Shown: positions 24,648-36,644, counted from the first letter of the whole stretch. The stretch is DNA of 63,985 bases, filler included, from Phoronis australis (GCA_002633005.1; 8 parts of 8 records of this genome joined end to end with filler, not necessarily neighbours in it); one strand, 5' to 3'. Program-made: numbers and translations. The notes: generated by a model from the letters alone, not told the origin.

Positions 24648-25630
24648 GACTGACACTCACAGAGTCGACCAGAGGAAAATTGGTCTCCCAGGGGAAAAGT
24701 GTTTCTTGTGTTACAGACCTGGACACCTGGCTAGAGACTGTCGGAAGCTGATACAGGTGAAGAAACAACAAAAGTCAACCATCAAGGTTCTCAGAGAAAG
24801 GAGGAGGCTGTGAAGCGTGCTAACCCTGAACACACCTTCAAATGAAAGCTGCGTCTGAAGGAGGGGTATGCTTTGGAGCAGAAGGTCTCAGTGTTGAGAG
24901 ACACAGGCTGCACAACTATTGTCGTTCGATCTAGTCTAATCAAACCGGGTGATATGACCAGCAGGAAGTGTTCATGCAACCAAGAGATGGCTGCCCCTCA
25001 CCAAGGACAACATCAAGACACCGTACCACACGGGATAAGTGTTTGCACTGTGTATGGAACGTCTAGTGGCTGATTTTATTATCGGGGACGTACCTGGCGC
25101 CTTGGACCTAGGAGATGTTGAGCGACGACAGACGCCAATTACTATCACCAAGGAAGGTGCAGGCAATAGGCTGGTGGAGGATCCGAAAGATGACTCTAAA
25201 AGTGTGCTACTTTCCAAGAGGAGAACCCAATGAACTCAACAACAGAGGGAGAGGTGGTGGCCAACATGTCGGTAGGAACTGGTCCTGGTGAATCCAGGGC
25301 TCAGGCAAAGCGACAAAAAGCGGATAATAAGCCGTTAGTTCTGTCTCCAACCACACTCGAGGTGGGACTAAAGCAGTTCAAAGAAGCTCAGCATGAAGAT
25401 TCGTCAATGAAAAAGCTGTGGGAGCAACCTAAAACCAAGGGTCAACGNTGGTGGAGGTTCAGCGAGGAATATTCTATCGGTTGTTTAAGAATAAGAATGG
25501 TGACGAGGTGAAACAAGATGTCGTTCTGAACATGAAGTAATTAACTCGAATTAAGTCCATCGTCACCAAACGCTGTTAGTACCTATAGGTAACCACATGC
25601 TCCCACCCACAAACAGGGAAAACGGTGACA
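24648..25630 (+). mobile_element. Degraded Ty3/Gypsy (Gmr1-like) LTR retrotransposon: gag zinc knuckle, protease, start of integrase region, then 3' tip of an LTR
   Basis: CFLCYRPGHLARDC (CCHC knuckle, 24700-24741), VLRDTGCTTIVVR protease, ALCMERLVADFIIGDVPG, EAQHEDSSMKKLWE...RGILYR. About 25540-25630 is homologous to the LTR end at 32580-32677 and ends GGTGACA. Confidence 0.85.
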
Positions 25631-27082
25631 GTTTAGGTCCACGAAAAACAAATTGTATCATGTGTGTGCATGTTTCAGAATTTTTTGAAACCTGATTACA
25701 AAGGCCTTTCTTGTTTGGGTCAGCACGTTTCAGATAAGAAATTGTATTTTTAGAATATTCGATCAGTTCATTATGTTCATGGAACTTGCAAGAATGACAT
25801 TTTATAAGAAGCGCCGATAGCAACTCCGACTAAGTGGCACTTCGGTAATTAGGGTTATTAGTTGATGTGAATAGCTTTGTGAACTAACATTCACAAAATG
25901 ATTTCGAACTTGTCCAACCGTCTCGGTTATAACAGACTGTTCGCCGGTCATAGGTTTGAAAGTTACTGAACTTGTACAGCAAAAGCCATTTCGACGGAAA
26001 TCAAACCCCAGCCGGAAGCTACCTGAAGTAAAACGCAGTGTGCTTTTCAAAGATTTCTCAGCGACAGTTGCCAGTGGTCAGACTGCTGCCCGGGGTTAAG
26101 TTACAGGCGGTGAGCTTCCCACAGATAAATGGCTGTCGTTACTCTATTAGCTGAGTCAATAAATCGGGTGATATGGATGAGCTTTTTGCAGGCGTTCAAA
26201 ATTCCCAATGCTGATAAGCAAATGTCGGTGTGTTCGTGAGCTGTACACATTATTTTATATTTTAAACTTCAGTGCTAAGTATTCGTGTGTACACTGACGC
26301 TGATTCTTCTTGTATGCCATATGATAAAAATACAAACTAAAGCACCGCCTTTTCGCATTGCCATTTTCCTGACGCCATTTCTCCCGCTGCTATTTCTCCT
26401 CTTAAACGTACGTTTTTTCGATCTCGGAAAGCGACCGAGAACGAGACTTTGCCACAAAAATGGCAGACTACAGCGATGTACATGTACGCGGTGAGTTTTT
26501 GTGTCATTTTCTTCTTAGATACTGCCTATTTTGCTACGAATGAGACACAAAGAAAAGTGTCAGAGCTTAGCCTTTGTTGCCGACATGAAATTATTCTTGG
26601 CCTTTGTTTATTTTGTCAAATAAAGGGCACAGGAAGTAATGGCTTCCGATAAAATGCCTTGTGCGTCGTAAAGTCGACAAGCTTTACTTGTTATTAGCAG
26701 TTCCAGGTTTTCTAAAGTAAAGAAGTGTAACGTGTAGAGCTTCATTGCCCCTGGTTGGTGACACCTTTCAAAGTTTTGTTTTGTGAAACAATTCGAGATA
26801 TTTACCAATACAAGCTTGTCCTTGTGCGAGACGGCGATCGAGAACGAAGTCATTACTTTCATATGGCGATCGTGAACGCAAAAAGCGATTTGGGACGCAC
26901 ATTCTTTTTTCTCTGCATTGGCCTGAATACTCGTTCAAGTTACGGTGTTATTTCACTTTTTCATTTAGTACGTACGCTGAAATAGACGATGGGTTGATTG
27001 TTTACTATAATTCATTGTTTTTCATGATTTTTGTGAGATTTAAGGTAACAAGTATAACTGAAATGCTTTTGATATTTTTCAG

Positions 27083-27580
27083 TTGAACATCTGCCACAAG
27101 GAGAGCCTTTTAGCTCATTAAAGTCTACGCCTTCAAAAAGGAGAACTAGTGCATGTGACAAAGGACTATGTGTAACATGTGGAGTTTCGTTAATTAAAAA
27201 TCAACACTGCTTGACCACATGGCAACGAAGCATTGTGACACGACTGCAACCAAGACGTTCACTTGCCCAGTGACGGACTGTGGGAAAGTGATAGTGAGAC
27301 AGTCAAGATCACATGAGCCAGCATGCAAACTACAAAGCATTTTCATGTGTTTCATGTGGCAAGAAGTCTTTCAATAGGTACAAGAAATCACAACATGAAG
27401 CATTGTGCTCAGAAGACAAGACAATTCAGTGTCGAACCAGCAATCAATGTTTCACGGAGAAACAGCTCCTAAAGCGACACATTGCGTCACGACATGAGGT
27501 CACTGCCTTCTTGTGAATGCGGCAAGTCGTACAAACATTATGCCTCCCTCTGCAGGCATAAAAAGCAAAAACTTCATTAA
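27083..27580 (+). pseudogene. Frameshifted multi-C2H2 zinc-finger exon (about 5 fingers)
   Basis: After acceptor TTTTCAG: CVTCG..LLDHMATKH, FTCPVTDCGK...HMSQH, FSCVSCGKKSF..SQHEALC, CRTSNQCF..LKRHIASRH, SCECGKSYKHYASLCRHKKQKLH*. Needs three frame changes. Confidence 0.75.
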
Positions 27581-28204
27581 GTCCAGTAAGGAAATTTGTT
27601 AAGTTCTTATGCATATTAAGAGTTCATGATTGGCAGTTGCCAACTTTTGTTCTAAAGATTCTATATTTGTGTTATTTTAATTATCTTTAGCGGAACCAGT
27701 GCATTTTGTGTTTAGGTAGATTTAAATGGCCATACTAAGTGCCATTAGCCATTGTTATTACCATAAGATTTTTAAAAGAAAATATGTGTCTATAATAAGT
27801 GCTATGCATTCCAAAATACCTCGTGGGAATATTAAAAGATTACTATTATTATGGAATTTGCTCTCATATTGTTGATTTCCAGTGTATTTACTATAGTGTG
27901 TCTTGAAATGACTATTAAAAAGACAACATTGTCACGTTTTGAGAAAATCACAATATAGTATGTGTATTACAACTCCTCTCACTCTCTTTCTAAGTCCCAT
28001 GAACTGAAATAGCACAGTGAACTCAGGACCAAGAACACAAAACACATACAAGCCACAAGGATGTAGCAAGTCAGTCTGTTCATCTCTCTATAGATGTTAT
28101 CAGTNNNNNNNNNNNNNNNNNNNNNNNNNNNNNNNNNNNNNNNNNNNNTTAATTAATTAANNNNNNNNNNNNNNNNNNNNNNNNNNNNNNNNNNNNNNNN
28201 NNNN

Positions 28205-28408
28205 ATCGGACGGCAGAAAGTGCTTGCCACACACACGGTAATTCTCCACTGCTTTGTACGTTGCGTGGACGGGTAACGCCGCGTTCTTCACACGAACGAG
28301 CCAAGTACGGCGAAGTGTGTCATCCCTCGGAAAGCGATGCAAAGGTACTCCCAAAGCGCGCGTGAGCCGATAATTAGTACATCCTGGTACGCAACAACAG
28401 TGTGGCAT
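28205..28408 (-). CDS. Intact THAP domain at the N-terminus of a probable transposase, truncated by contig end
   Basis: MPHCCCVPGCTN...LHRFPRDDTLRRTWL...YRVCGKHFLPSD carries the full C2CH THAP signature. Confidence 0.88.
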
Positions 28409-28674
28409 GTTGACTGACAAGTAAATGAAAGCAAACGACGACGGAACTTAACACAACCGAGGTAGAACAATGACTGACTCGGCAGCTCTCACAGTCAGAC
28501 TATATGAAAAATAAATTGGCGCGAAATGCTTGCCTCCTAAAACGTCACTTCCGGAGTAGTGGACGAGTAATTAATAAAATTACGAAAAGCTGTAATTAAG
28601 TGGAAAATATGTCTAGGATAACCAACCAACCTTGTTTTAGCTCAAAATGACATGGAAAAAGGTTGCCTTCGCCT
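28205..28674 (-). mobile_element. Possible Kolobok-type transposon end carrying the THAP ORF
   Basis: Minus strand begins TTAA|AGGCGAAGGCAACC about 270 bp upstream of the THAP ATG. TTAA target, RR terminus and THAP fit Kolobok. The other end is not in this contig. Confidence 0.5.
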
Positions 28675-29181
28675 TTAAATAAAATCTATTGTCTTGAACT
28701 GTATAGCAATATTTTAGCCAAAAACCAAACCAGAACAAGCTAAAAATATTCAGACAAATTCCTGAGGGATAGGCTGAGAACAAATTTCTTTGTTCAAATA
28801 GTCTTCCCTCATAACCGAGAAGGAATATGAAAGTTAGTAAGGTGACTAAGTTATTCTACAGTAACTTTGCCAGCCTAACAGTCATTTTTGCTACTAACAG
28901 AATTAGCCGTCATGATGGAAAACGGTATTTTGTCTGATTACTTTTGTCTTGCACTGTAATTGGTTTGTCTTTTTGCAACTGTCAGTCCTCTCATTAGACT
29001 GTAATGACCAATGTTAATTTTAAGAACTAAAATTGATTAATTTTGATATTAGTAGACTGTAAGCAGAAATAACTGGCAAATATTCCCCAGTCTCTGATGG
29101 CAAACTTCAGCTTTTACAAATAGTCGTGTTAAAAGTGTATCCATAATCAGTTTTGTCATTGAATATCTCTTGTGTTTACAG

Positions 29182-29236
29182 CCACGGACAGTGCTCACTC
29201 ATTTGCAGATACTACAGTGGCCAATTTGAACAACAA
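29182..29236 (+). CDS. TMEM63: TMEM63/OSCA (CSC1-like) channel, internal exon A
   Basis: TTTACAG|...|GTAAGT. TDSAHSFADTTVANLNN resembles the SFGRTTIANL motif of TMEM63. Phase matches the next exon. Confidence 0.85.
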
Positions 29237-29597
29237 GTAAGTATGTCACACCTTCAACCAATCACTTAAATTGTTAGTAACTGGATCGAATTTGACCATG
29301 GATTTTTTTAGATGGAATCTCTTGATCATTTCCAATATCTTGAACATGCTCTGTGGTACAACATGTTTCTGCAGCTAAATTCCAGGCACATTTTCATTTT
29401 TAAAGATTGAAACAATTTATTTACATTTCAATCCGTAATGCAATATTGAGCTTTTAAAGAATAGGTGTATGTTCTGTTGATGAGGTTTGTTCCTATGCAG
29501 TGGGATTAGATTAGTTCGTACATAGCTTATTTCAGTGTTTATTTCTTCAAAATGTCCCCTCTTTGTTGACATTGATCATTACTACCCTCATTTCCAG

Positions 29598-29780
29598 TCC
29601 CACCTTACTTTGGGTGCACACAATCTTGACTATTGGTTACGTGGCCGGAGCCATCTACTTCATGAGGCTATTCTCAATGAACGTGAAGTACGACGGTGAC
29701 GAGGAGGTGACGAGGACGCTGATGATCACCAACATTAAGAAGGACAAGTGTTACAACAGCGTCATGAGGCGCCATTTTAC
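29598..29780 (+). CDS. TMEM63: TMEM63/OSCA, internal exon B
   Basis: TTCCAG|...|GTGAGT. PTLLWVHTILTIGY...FMR...Y...VTRTLMITNI...MRRHF matches TMEM63 LWLHT...MRRH...RTLFI...HF. Confidence 0.92.
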
Positions 29781-30073
29781 GTGAGTAGAGTAAAATATCA
29801 CCATGAGGCGCCATTTTACGTGAGTAGGGTAAAATATCACCATGAGGCGCCATTTTACGTGAGTAGGGTAAAATATCATCATGAGGCGCCATTTTACGTG
29901 AGTAGGGTAAAATATCACCATGAGGCGCCATTTTACGTGAGTAGGGTAAAATNCATCATGAGACGCCATTTTACGTGAGTAGGGTAAAATATCATCATGA
30001 GGCGCCATTTTACGTGAGTAGGGTAAAATATCATCATGAGGCGCCATTTTACGTGAGTAGGGTAAAATATCAC
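29763..30073 (+). repeat. 39-bp minisatellite (at least 8 copies) spanning the TMEM63 exon B/intron boundary
   Basis: Unit CATGAGGCGCCATTTTAC|GTGAGTAGGGTAAAATATCAY at 29763, 29802, 29841, 29880, 29919, 29957, 29996, 30035. N at 29953 makes the copy number uncertain. Confidence 0.95.
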
Positions 30074-30876
30074 CAGGGTACCTGTGGAAGATAAGTGAAA
30101 TTTTATTTTGTTATTTTTTATAAAAATATATAACATCAAATTAATGTTTTACAATGTTTTAAGTTTTGTACCATAGATACCATAAGAAAATAAATGGAAA
30201 AATTGTAGGCATTCATTACAATGAACTTGAAATATGGAAAAGGAGTAATTTTGGTAAATTATTTTTGTCTAAAATTGGTTAGATTTTACCATTAGTAAAT
30301 ATCACTCACATCTCATTTATCTGTTAATGAAGGCGCTAGTAGTTTTGCCTGCAAGGAGGAGAATTTTTTCTGTTTCTGTGAAACGCTTTTTTCAACTGGC
30401 TTTCATTGCAACGAGTGAGCTATGATTTGTACTCTACTGCAGGTTCACAACACAAAATAAATATCCACACTCAATTTTCACTTTATTTGAGTTTTGAATT
30501 CTTGTGCGCTATGGTATATTAAAAGATTTCAACATTGGGAGTCTACTTTTGTTTTGTTCAAGTCTAGACAATTTGTGTTGTGTTTTTATAATCATAGAGA
30601 TTTCAGATAATCCATGCTGATAGCTCCCTAAATTGCTTGTAGTTATGGGACTTCAGCATTGGACATGTATGGCAAACTAACCCTGGTGCTTTACGTCACA
30701 TACTGAAGAATGAAGCAATGTTAATGGTGATCTATGACTTGATTATTGTCTACAGATTATTCAGTTCATTATTTAATGTGATGACATCTTGATGGTTTTA
30801 GTCAAAGATCACAGACTAACCACTATTGTTGCTTCATCTTCATTGACCAAGTTTTCTTTACCATGACATGTTTCAG

Positions 30877-30936
30877 AGAGGCTTACCCAGGTGTGGTCAT
30901 AGAAGATGTTCAGTTTGCCTACAACATTACTAATTT
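30877..30936 (+). CDS. TMEM63: TMEM63/OSCA, exon C (partial)
   Basis: TTTCAG|A GAG GCT TAC CCA... gives (T)EAYPGVVIEDVQFAYNITN, continuing HF-T in phase. Matches the EAYP motif. Confidence 0.88.
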
Positions 30937-31036
30937 NNNNNNNNNNNNNNNNNNNNNNNNNNNNNNNNNNNNNNNNNNNNTTAATTAATTAANNNNNNNN
31001 NNNNNNNNNNNNNNNNNNNNNNNNNNNNNNNNNNNN

Positions 31037-31755
31037 ATCGTGGAACGCAGTTCACAGCGGAACTGATGAAGGAGGTCAGCAGGCTTGTAAGTGCAAAGCA
31101 GCTGTACACGACCCCTTACAATCCACGCTGTAACGGGCTCTGTGAGAGAATCAACGATGTTGTGAAGGCCATGCTGAAGAAAATGTTTCAAGAAAAACCG
31201 AAGGATTGGGACCGGTATCTGCCAGCTGTCCTATTTGCTTACCGAGAAGTCCCGCAATCAAGCACAGGATTTTCACCCTTTGAGTCATTATACGGCAGGA
31301 CAATGAAAGGTCCTATGCAAATACTGAGCGAACTCTGGACTGGGGAAGACAGCAAAGAAGTCCGAAATACTTACCAGTATGTCTTCGAGCTCAGGAACCG
31401 CTTAGAGGAGACCTGCAAGTTGGCTAGAAAAAGTTTATACAAAGCACAAGGTAGTCACAAGCATTACTACGACAAGAAGGCCAGGGATAGGCAGTTTCAA
31501 GTGGGACAAAGAGTGTTGGTGTTACTTCCCACAGACCACAATAAGCTTACTCTGCAGTGGAAAGGGCCTTACAAGGTTAAAGAAAAAGTCAATCGTATGG
31601 ACTACAGAATCAACATGAACGGCAAGATTAAGATCTTTCATGCCAATTTGTTTAAGGCGTACCACGAACGCGATGGCTTAAATACAGTGAGCGACATTAC
31701 CTCACAGAAGAGAAACTGTGTTCGCTGTTCAACGCTTTCAGTGAAGATTACTTAA
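31037..31755 (+). mobile_element. Ty3/Gypsy (Gmr1-like) integrase, C-terminal half
   Basis: RGTQFTAELMKEV...TTPYNPRCNGLCERIN...WDRYLPAVLFAYREVPQSSTGFSPFESLYGR...KLTLQWKGPYKV: rve core with catalytic E plus GPY/F module. Confidence 0.95.
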
Positions 31756-31873
31756 GTTGAGAGACTGCAAGTCAGGGAGCACTTTAGCGGCGGATATAGT
31801 AGATTATATATATATGCCAGATGATTTTGTGTTAGAAAATTATAGAGTAATTTTTTCTTTGGCAGGGGTGTGT

Positions 31874-32677
31874 TGTCAGAATATGGTCTGACAGTATTTT
31901 TAGTTGTATTGCTTTGTTTTGTTTTGTTATTCTGTTTGATTGGCATGGCCCCTGAGTTAAGTACAGTGATGATGTAATTTGTTTACTACAAAGTAGTGTG
32001 GAACTTTCTAGAAGACTGAGGTCAGAACAGTGATGATGTAATTTGTTTACTACAGTACAATGTGGAACTTTCTGGAAGACTTTAGCATGACAGTGATTAA
32101 TGCAGTCTGGAATATTCTAGAGACTAGTACATGTTTGTAGAATGATTGGGTAGGTTCCAGAAAGTTCTAGAATGTTCTTGAATTGATGAAAAGTTCCAGA
32201 ACAATGCATTAGGCTATAAATACACAAGCACGGGTTTGTGTTAGTCAGTTGAGTTCAAGATTAAGTCAGTTGAGTCCAAGTAAGATCAAGTCAGATAATC
32301 ATCAGAAGATTAAGTCAGTGAGATCAGGTCAGTTCAAGTACGTCAATCAGAAGAACTACAGTTGAGTTGCGGTGAAGAGAGTAGGAAGTTACAGCGATAG
32401 TCAATAGAGAGCCAGCTATACATGTAGAGTTGTTGAATCGAGTGTAACAGTTGCTGGAAGTATCTCAGAAGTTCAATACAAGTCAAGGCTTCGCAGCACT
32501 GGCTGGAGCATAAACAGACATTACGTCGGACGTTTTGTTTGAGTAGGCTTGTGAACGTACGGTCGGGATTAATAGAGGATTAACTCGAACCAGTCTTCAG
32601 TCAATCTTCGCACCGAAAGCTATTAGCACCGGTCTGTAACAACCTGCGCCCACCCACACACGGGGAAAAACGTGACA
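31874..32677 (+). mobile_element. 3' LTR (about 804 bp)
   Basis: Preceded by TTTTCTTTGGCAGGGGTGTGT (PPT-like). Starts TGTCA and ends TGACA. TATAAA at 32215. Its end is homologous to 25540-25630. Confidence 0.85.
32000..32221 (+). promoter_or_regulatory. Cluster of heat-shock elements upstream of the LTR TATA box
   Basis: gGAActTTCtaGAAg (32000), gGAActTTCtgGAAg (32064), gGAAtaTTCt (32109), gTTCcaGAAagTTCtaGAAtgTTCttGAAt (32154-32183, six perfect alternating nGAAn units), TATAAA at 32215. Confidence 0.8.
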
Positions 32678-32996
32678 ATCCACGTTTCGTTTTAAACCAG
32701 AGTATTAAGAACTTTGGTTCAACTACTTTCAGAAATTGTATAAAGATTCGAGGGAGCTAGCAAGTATCAAAATCGTTTCACAGGCCTATTGCGCGATTTT
32801 TAAATGGACGTATGCATTTCTGTAGTGTCGTTAAAGTCTACGCTTTATATTTCGCTAATTTGTTGAAATAACAGGACCAAAATTTCAGCACGCAGGATGA
32901 ATAAATACGGAGATATTTGGTCGCCTTGACGACAACCTCCTCCAACAGCAGCCTAAATACCTGCTCTAATGCACGGAGCGTGGATCCGTTATTTAA

Positions 32997-33400
32997 AGGG
33001 TTCCCACCTGTGTTTTAATAGAAATTTTATTAATACTTTTGAAAAGATGTAATAGCCTGTAGTACACCTCTTGCTAAGAAACAAGACGAAATTTTAAAAA
33101 ATATTTTTTTCTGTTATCGTGGTTGTACGCTATGGGTGGGAGACTGTCTTTGTCGGTGTTGTTTTTATCGAGTGCGATATTGAGGAGTTGAAAGGAAAGT
33201 CCGCGGAGAACCGCCTTTTACAGACATGAAAATGTGGGTTTTTGGAGGCTGCAGTAGTAACAATTTGAATGAGAAGGCCTCTGTGTCCAAATTTCCTAAA
33301 TGCGTGAAGTTGCACAGGAAAGGCATCTGTTTGTGCGCCGCAGGAGAGTGCGGGATATCATTGCGCAACATGCTATTCAGTCGGAAGTCATACTTTATTT
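32997..33400 (+). mobile_element. Degraded THAP-bearing transposon end (Kolobok-like)
   Basis: TTAA|AGGGTTCCCACC start. 33226 onward reads MKMWVFGGCSSNN...SVSKFPKCVKLHRK[frameshift]HLFVRRRR, a decayed THAP. Confidence 0.5.
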
Positions 33401-34810
33401 GGTGGCGTTACGACGTAAGTGTATTTGTAAATTTGATAAATAACGAAAAAAATTCGTCCATTTGATGGCACGTGATGCTTGCCCCTAGACCCTCCCCAGA
33501 TTGAGTCCTACGACACGTACATGTAGGCTTACGAGTTGTACCTACACTATTAAGACCGTGCTCGTTAGATCATGGCAATAGTGGATACGAGTAACTCAGC
33601 TTTACTGTAGCCCATGCTAGCGATTGTGAACACCTTGGTTCAGCTGCATTTGTAACTCACATTTATGTGCAGCACTTCTCGTGCAAAGGGTCGAGTTTAT
33701 ACAGCCTCAAAGTCCCAAAGTTCGCTAAATGGGAAATCGAATTCAGTGCCTGATTCCTCAAGTACTTGAATGTGTACTCTCCTTTTTGTCTACAAAATAG
33801 TTGTCCAGTTCTCGCTCATAGTCGTCCTCGTCTCCTGACCTGGTGTGTTCCACCACTGCAATTGTTTCTCAAATGCCTAAACGTCTTCCACCCATTACAT
33901 CGTTTGGCGAAAAACTGGTGTTGATGTGCTAACAGTAAAAGGCATTCTGTTCCGTTAGGAACGTTGAATGCGCGACGCAGTGCGAGAACGTGGTCCAAAG
34001 ATAATACTAGTCTGATGGAGGACGATATAGTTTTATTACATACTCTTGTACTGATACTACTAAGTCTGTTACAAACCATGCGATCATACACTTATATAGT
34101 GACGCACATGAATTATATACTGAACAAACATGTTTACTACAATTCCTCATGTTGGGGGTGTATTGCATAACACTTAATTATCTGAACTATTCCTACACTG
34201 TACACATGCCCTCACACAAAATCACTCGGATATGAGATCATACTCTAACAACTTGGAAATATTTATTTTTTATTCAAAATCAAGAAAATTGTGACTATTT
34301 GACAAAAATGCTTACTTAGTTTGATTTTATGGTATTCATTTCATATCGGCTAACTGAAATCTCAAAACCTAAGAAAATGCGTTGTGGGAACTCTCTAAAA
34401 GGCTAAGTCAACTTGCAAAATCTTGACGGAAATAAAGGAAATGTAATTTTGTGCGGTATATAAAAAACTCCAAGATAGAGGGTCGAATGATTTTTCAAAA
34501 TCGACAAAGCCAAGCAGTCTTTGAATAGTTATATCATACACTAATCTTGTATTTCCTCCAATAAACCTGTTTTTAAAAGCGTTTTGTTTAAGTATCGCCG
34601 CTGTGTATTTGAGGCTCTAACCAGTGAACATAATTCGTGTAACAATCGCTGTTTCATAAGTGCATACGAGAGTTATAATGTTACTTTGTCAATTCAATGA
34701 CATGTTTCGTTTAAAGTGTTCGGAATACTAAACCTTTGTGTAGTCACGGTATGGAATACTTACAAGTGGTCAGGTCGGAGTTGTTACTGCGAGGTACATG
34801 TACATGTAGC

Positions 34811-35640
34811 TCTAAAACCCCTTCAACCCCCTCGTCTCCCACACCCCTCGACCGGCTCGACCCACTACCCCCTCTACCCACAACTAGTCAACCCCACGAC
34901 CCCCTCGACACACGACGTGTAGAGGTGTTATTGCATAATCTTTTTCCATGTAATTCAATGAGTGGCTTTGCCATAAGACATTTCTACACGCGAGTATGCT
35001 CTGGCTCAAATATGTTGATTAAAAACAGAAAGTTGAGTGAGAACGTGATCTGAAATAGCGTATTGTTGTTACGGAAATAGTTCCACGAGCGGCAGCTACC
35101 AATGACCTAGTTCTACTAAACTTATGGAGAAAGTACGTTAACGTGATTGTACTAAATTTCATATTTTTCTTGTGGTTTCTGTTTTCTACTCGTTTACAAT
35201 ATACTCCGTGTATCGTTGAAACACTTTTTAGTAAACCGTTTGTTTTTTCAAACTGCATTTACTGATGAAATTACATTTTTTCTGTTCCGCACACTCATCA
35301 CAAAAAGATTGAATCTGTCATTGACTGAAGAGCAGACGAAACGATTACGCTCTGCTGGAAACGACATTTGTAACGTTGGTAGGCCTTTGATTTGGTCGCT
35401 TTGTTTTTCTATTTCCGTTTTTGGCTTTGAAACTTGCCGAATAGACTCTCTTAATTGCAAAAATCAAGGAAAAGCCACCGATCTCACAGCCCAACTGATT
35501 GTTCCTGCACGTCAGCGCTTGCACTATTTTCAGATCGAGTCGAGCTTGTGTCGCTTGGGTCGAGGGGTTGTGGGCTGAGAAGGTCATGGGTTGAGCGGGT
35601 GAAGAGAAGTGGGGGTCGAGGGGGTGGAAGCGGTTTTAGA
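34811..35640. mobile_element. MITE with long degenerate C-rich/G-rich terminal inverted repeats
   Basis: Left end TCTAAAACCCCTTCAACCCCCTCGTCTCCCAC vs reverse complement of right end TCTAAAACCGCTTCCACCCCCTCGACCCCCAC. CCTCGAC subterminal repeats. Confidence 0.7.
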
Positions 35641-36644
35641 AGTATCCCATTTACACGGTATCTTTCTACGCTAGGTACACTTCTTTGTCCCAATGTTTTG
35701 GCGACCCACTGCAAGAAAGGACAGTAGGCACATACATGTACATGTGCGTAACTGCTTTGGGTGACAGCTATTTAAGCTTTGAACTTCGATAAGAAGTAAG
35801 CAAATTGACACGCGTTTTTCTACCCTAAACAGGCAAGATGCGGATTTTTAGGTTTTGGAACTACACTGTAGATATGAAGATAAAATTTTAATCCAGACAG
35901 GTGTTAAATATTTGAAAAACTTAAACAAAAATATTACAAGTAAGATCCGGCATGCAGTGTATCCTTAAGGCATGCAGATTTCACAGTGCACACAATTCAC
36001 GTTGGATCTTGCACAGTGCTAAAATTATTGTAACATATGATTGTGTGTCACAATGTAACACTTGTTTTTCTAAATTTTCAGTATTGTAGTTTTGCTTTGT
36101 CACTTTCTAGTTCCCGTCATACCAAACGAGAAAAACGTGAACATTTCGGATTTGCAGAAATAGTATTCATTTGGATTATGAAGTGTGAAGTCTTCTTAAA
36201 TCCTTCATGCTCAGAGCTTCATAATTTTTACTATCAGATTCTAGTTTCAAGAGAAACGTTTTCAGTGGTACTCAGTTGCTTTGGTAACATTAATGCATGT
36301 TCAATTTCAGTATTTTTGTGAAAAAAATATTTTGGTTCTTTTTATAATGCCGAAGTATTTTTAAGTACATTCAAAGCTGTTTATTGTTCTAAAGGTTGTT
36401 AGGATCATTTTGAAACCCTTTATAAGGTAAACGAAATACAGCTGCAGGTCGCCCGTAGTCAAGGACTGTAAAATACGCGATAGCATTTCCTTTCTACCGG
36501 CTTCTGCATGGAAACAAACAAGAAGCAGACTAATGAAACATTTCNNNNNNNNNNNNNNNNNNNNNNNNNNNNNNNNNNNNNNNNNNNNTTAATTAATTAA
36601 NNNNNNNNNNNNNNNNNNNNNNNNNNNNNNNNNNNNNNNNNNNN

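Noticed and set aside
29751-30073. Repetitive ORFs (HHEAPFYVSRVKY)n and (MAPHGDILPYSRK)n as proteins
   Set aside because: They are by-products of a 39-bp minisatellite. The real frame is TMEM63, which splices out at 29780.
30877-31755. TMEM63 exon disrupted by or fused to a Gypsy integrase
   Set aside because: The two are separated by an artificial linker and lie on different contigs.
33640-34090. Minus-strand ORF as a Kolobok second gene or transposase C-terminus
   Set aside because: Only vague similarity, and no diagnostic motif can be confirmed by eye.
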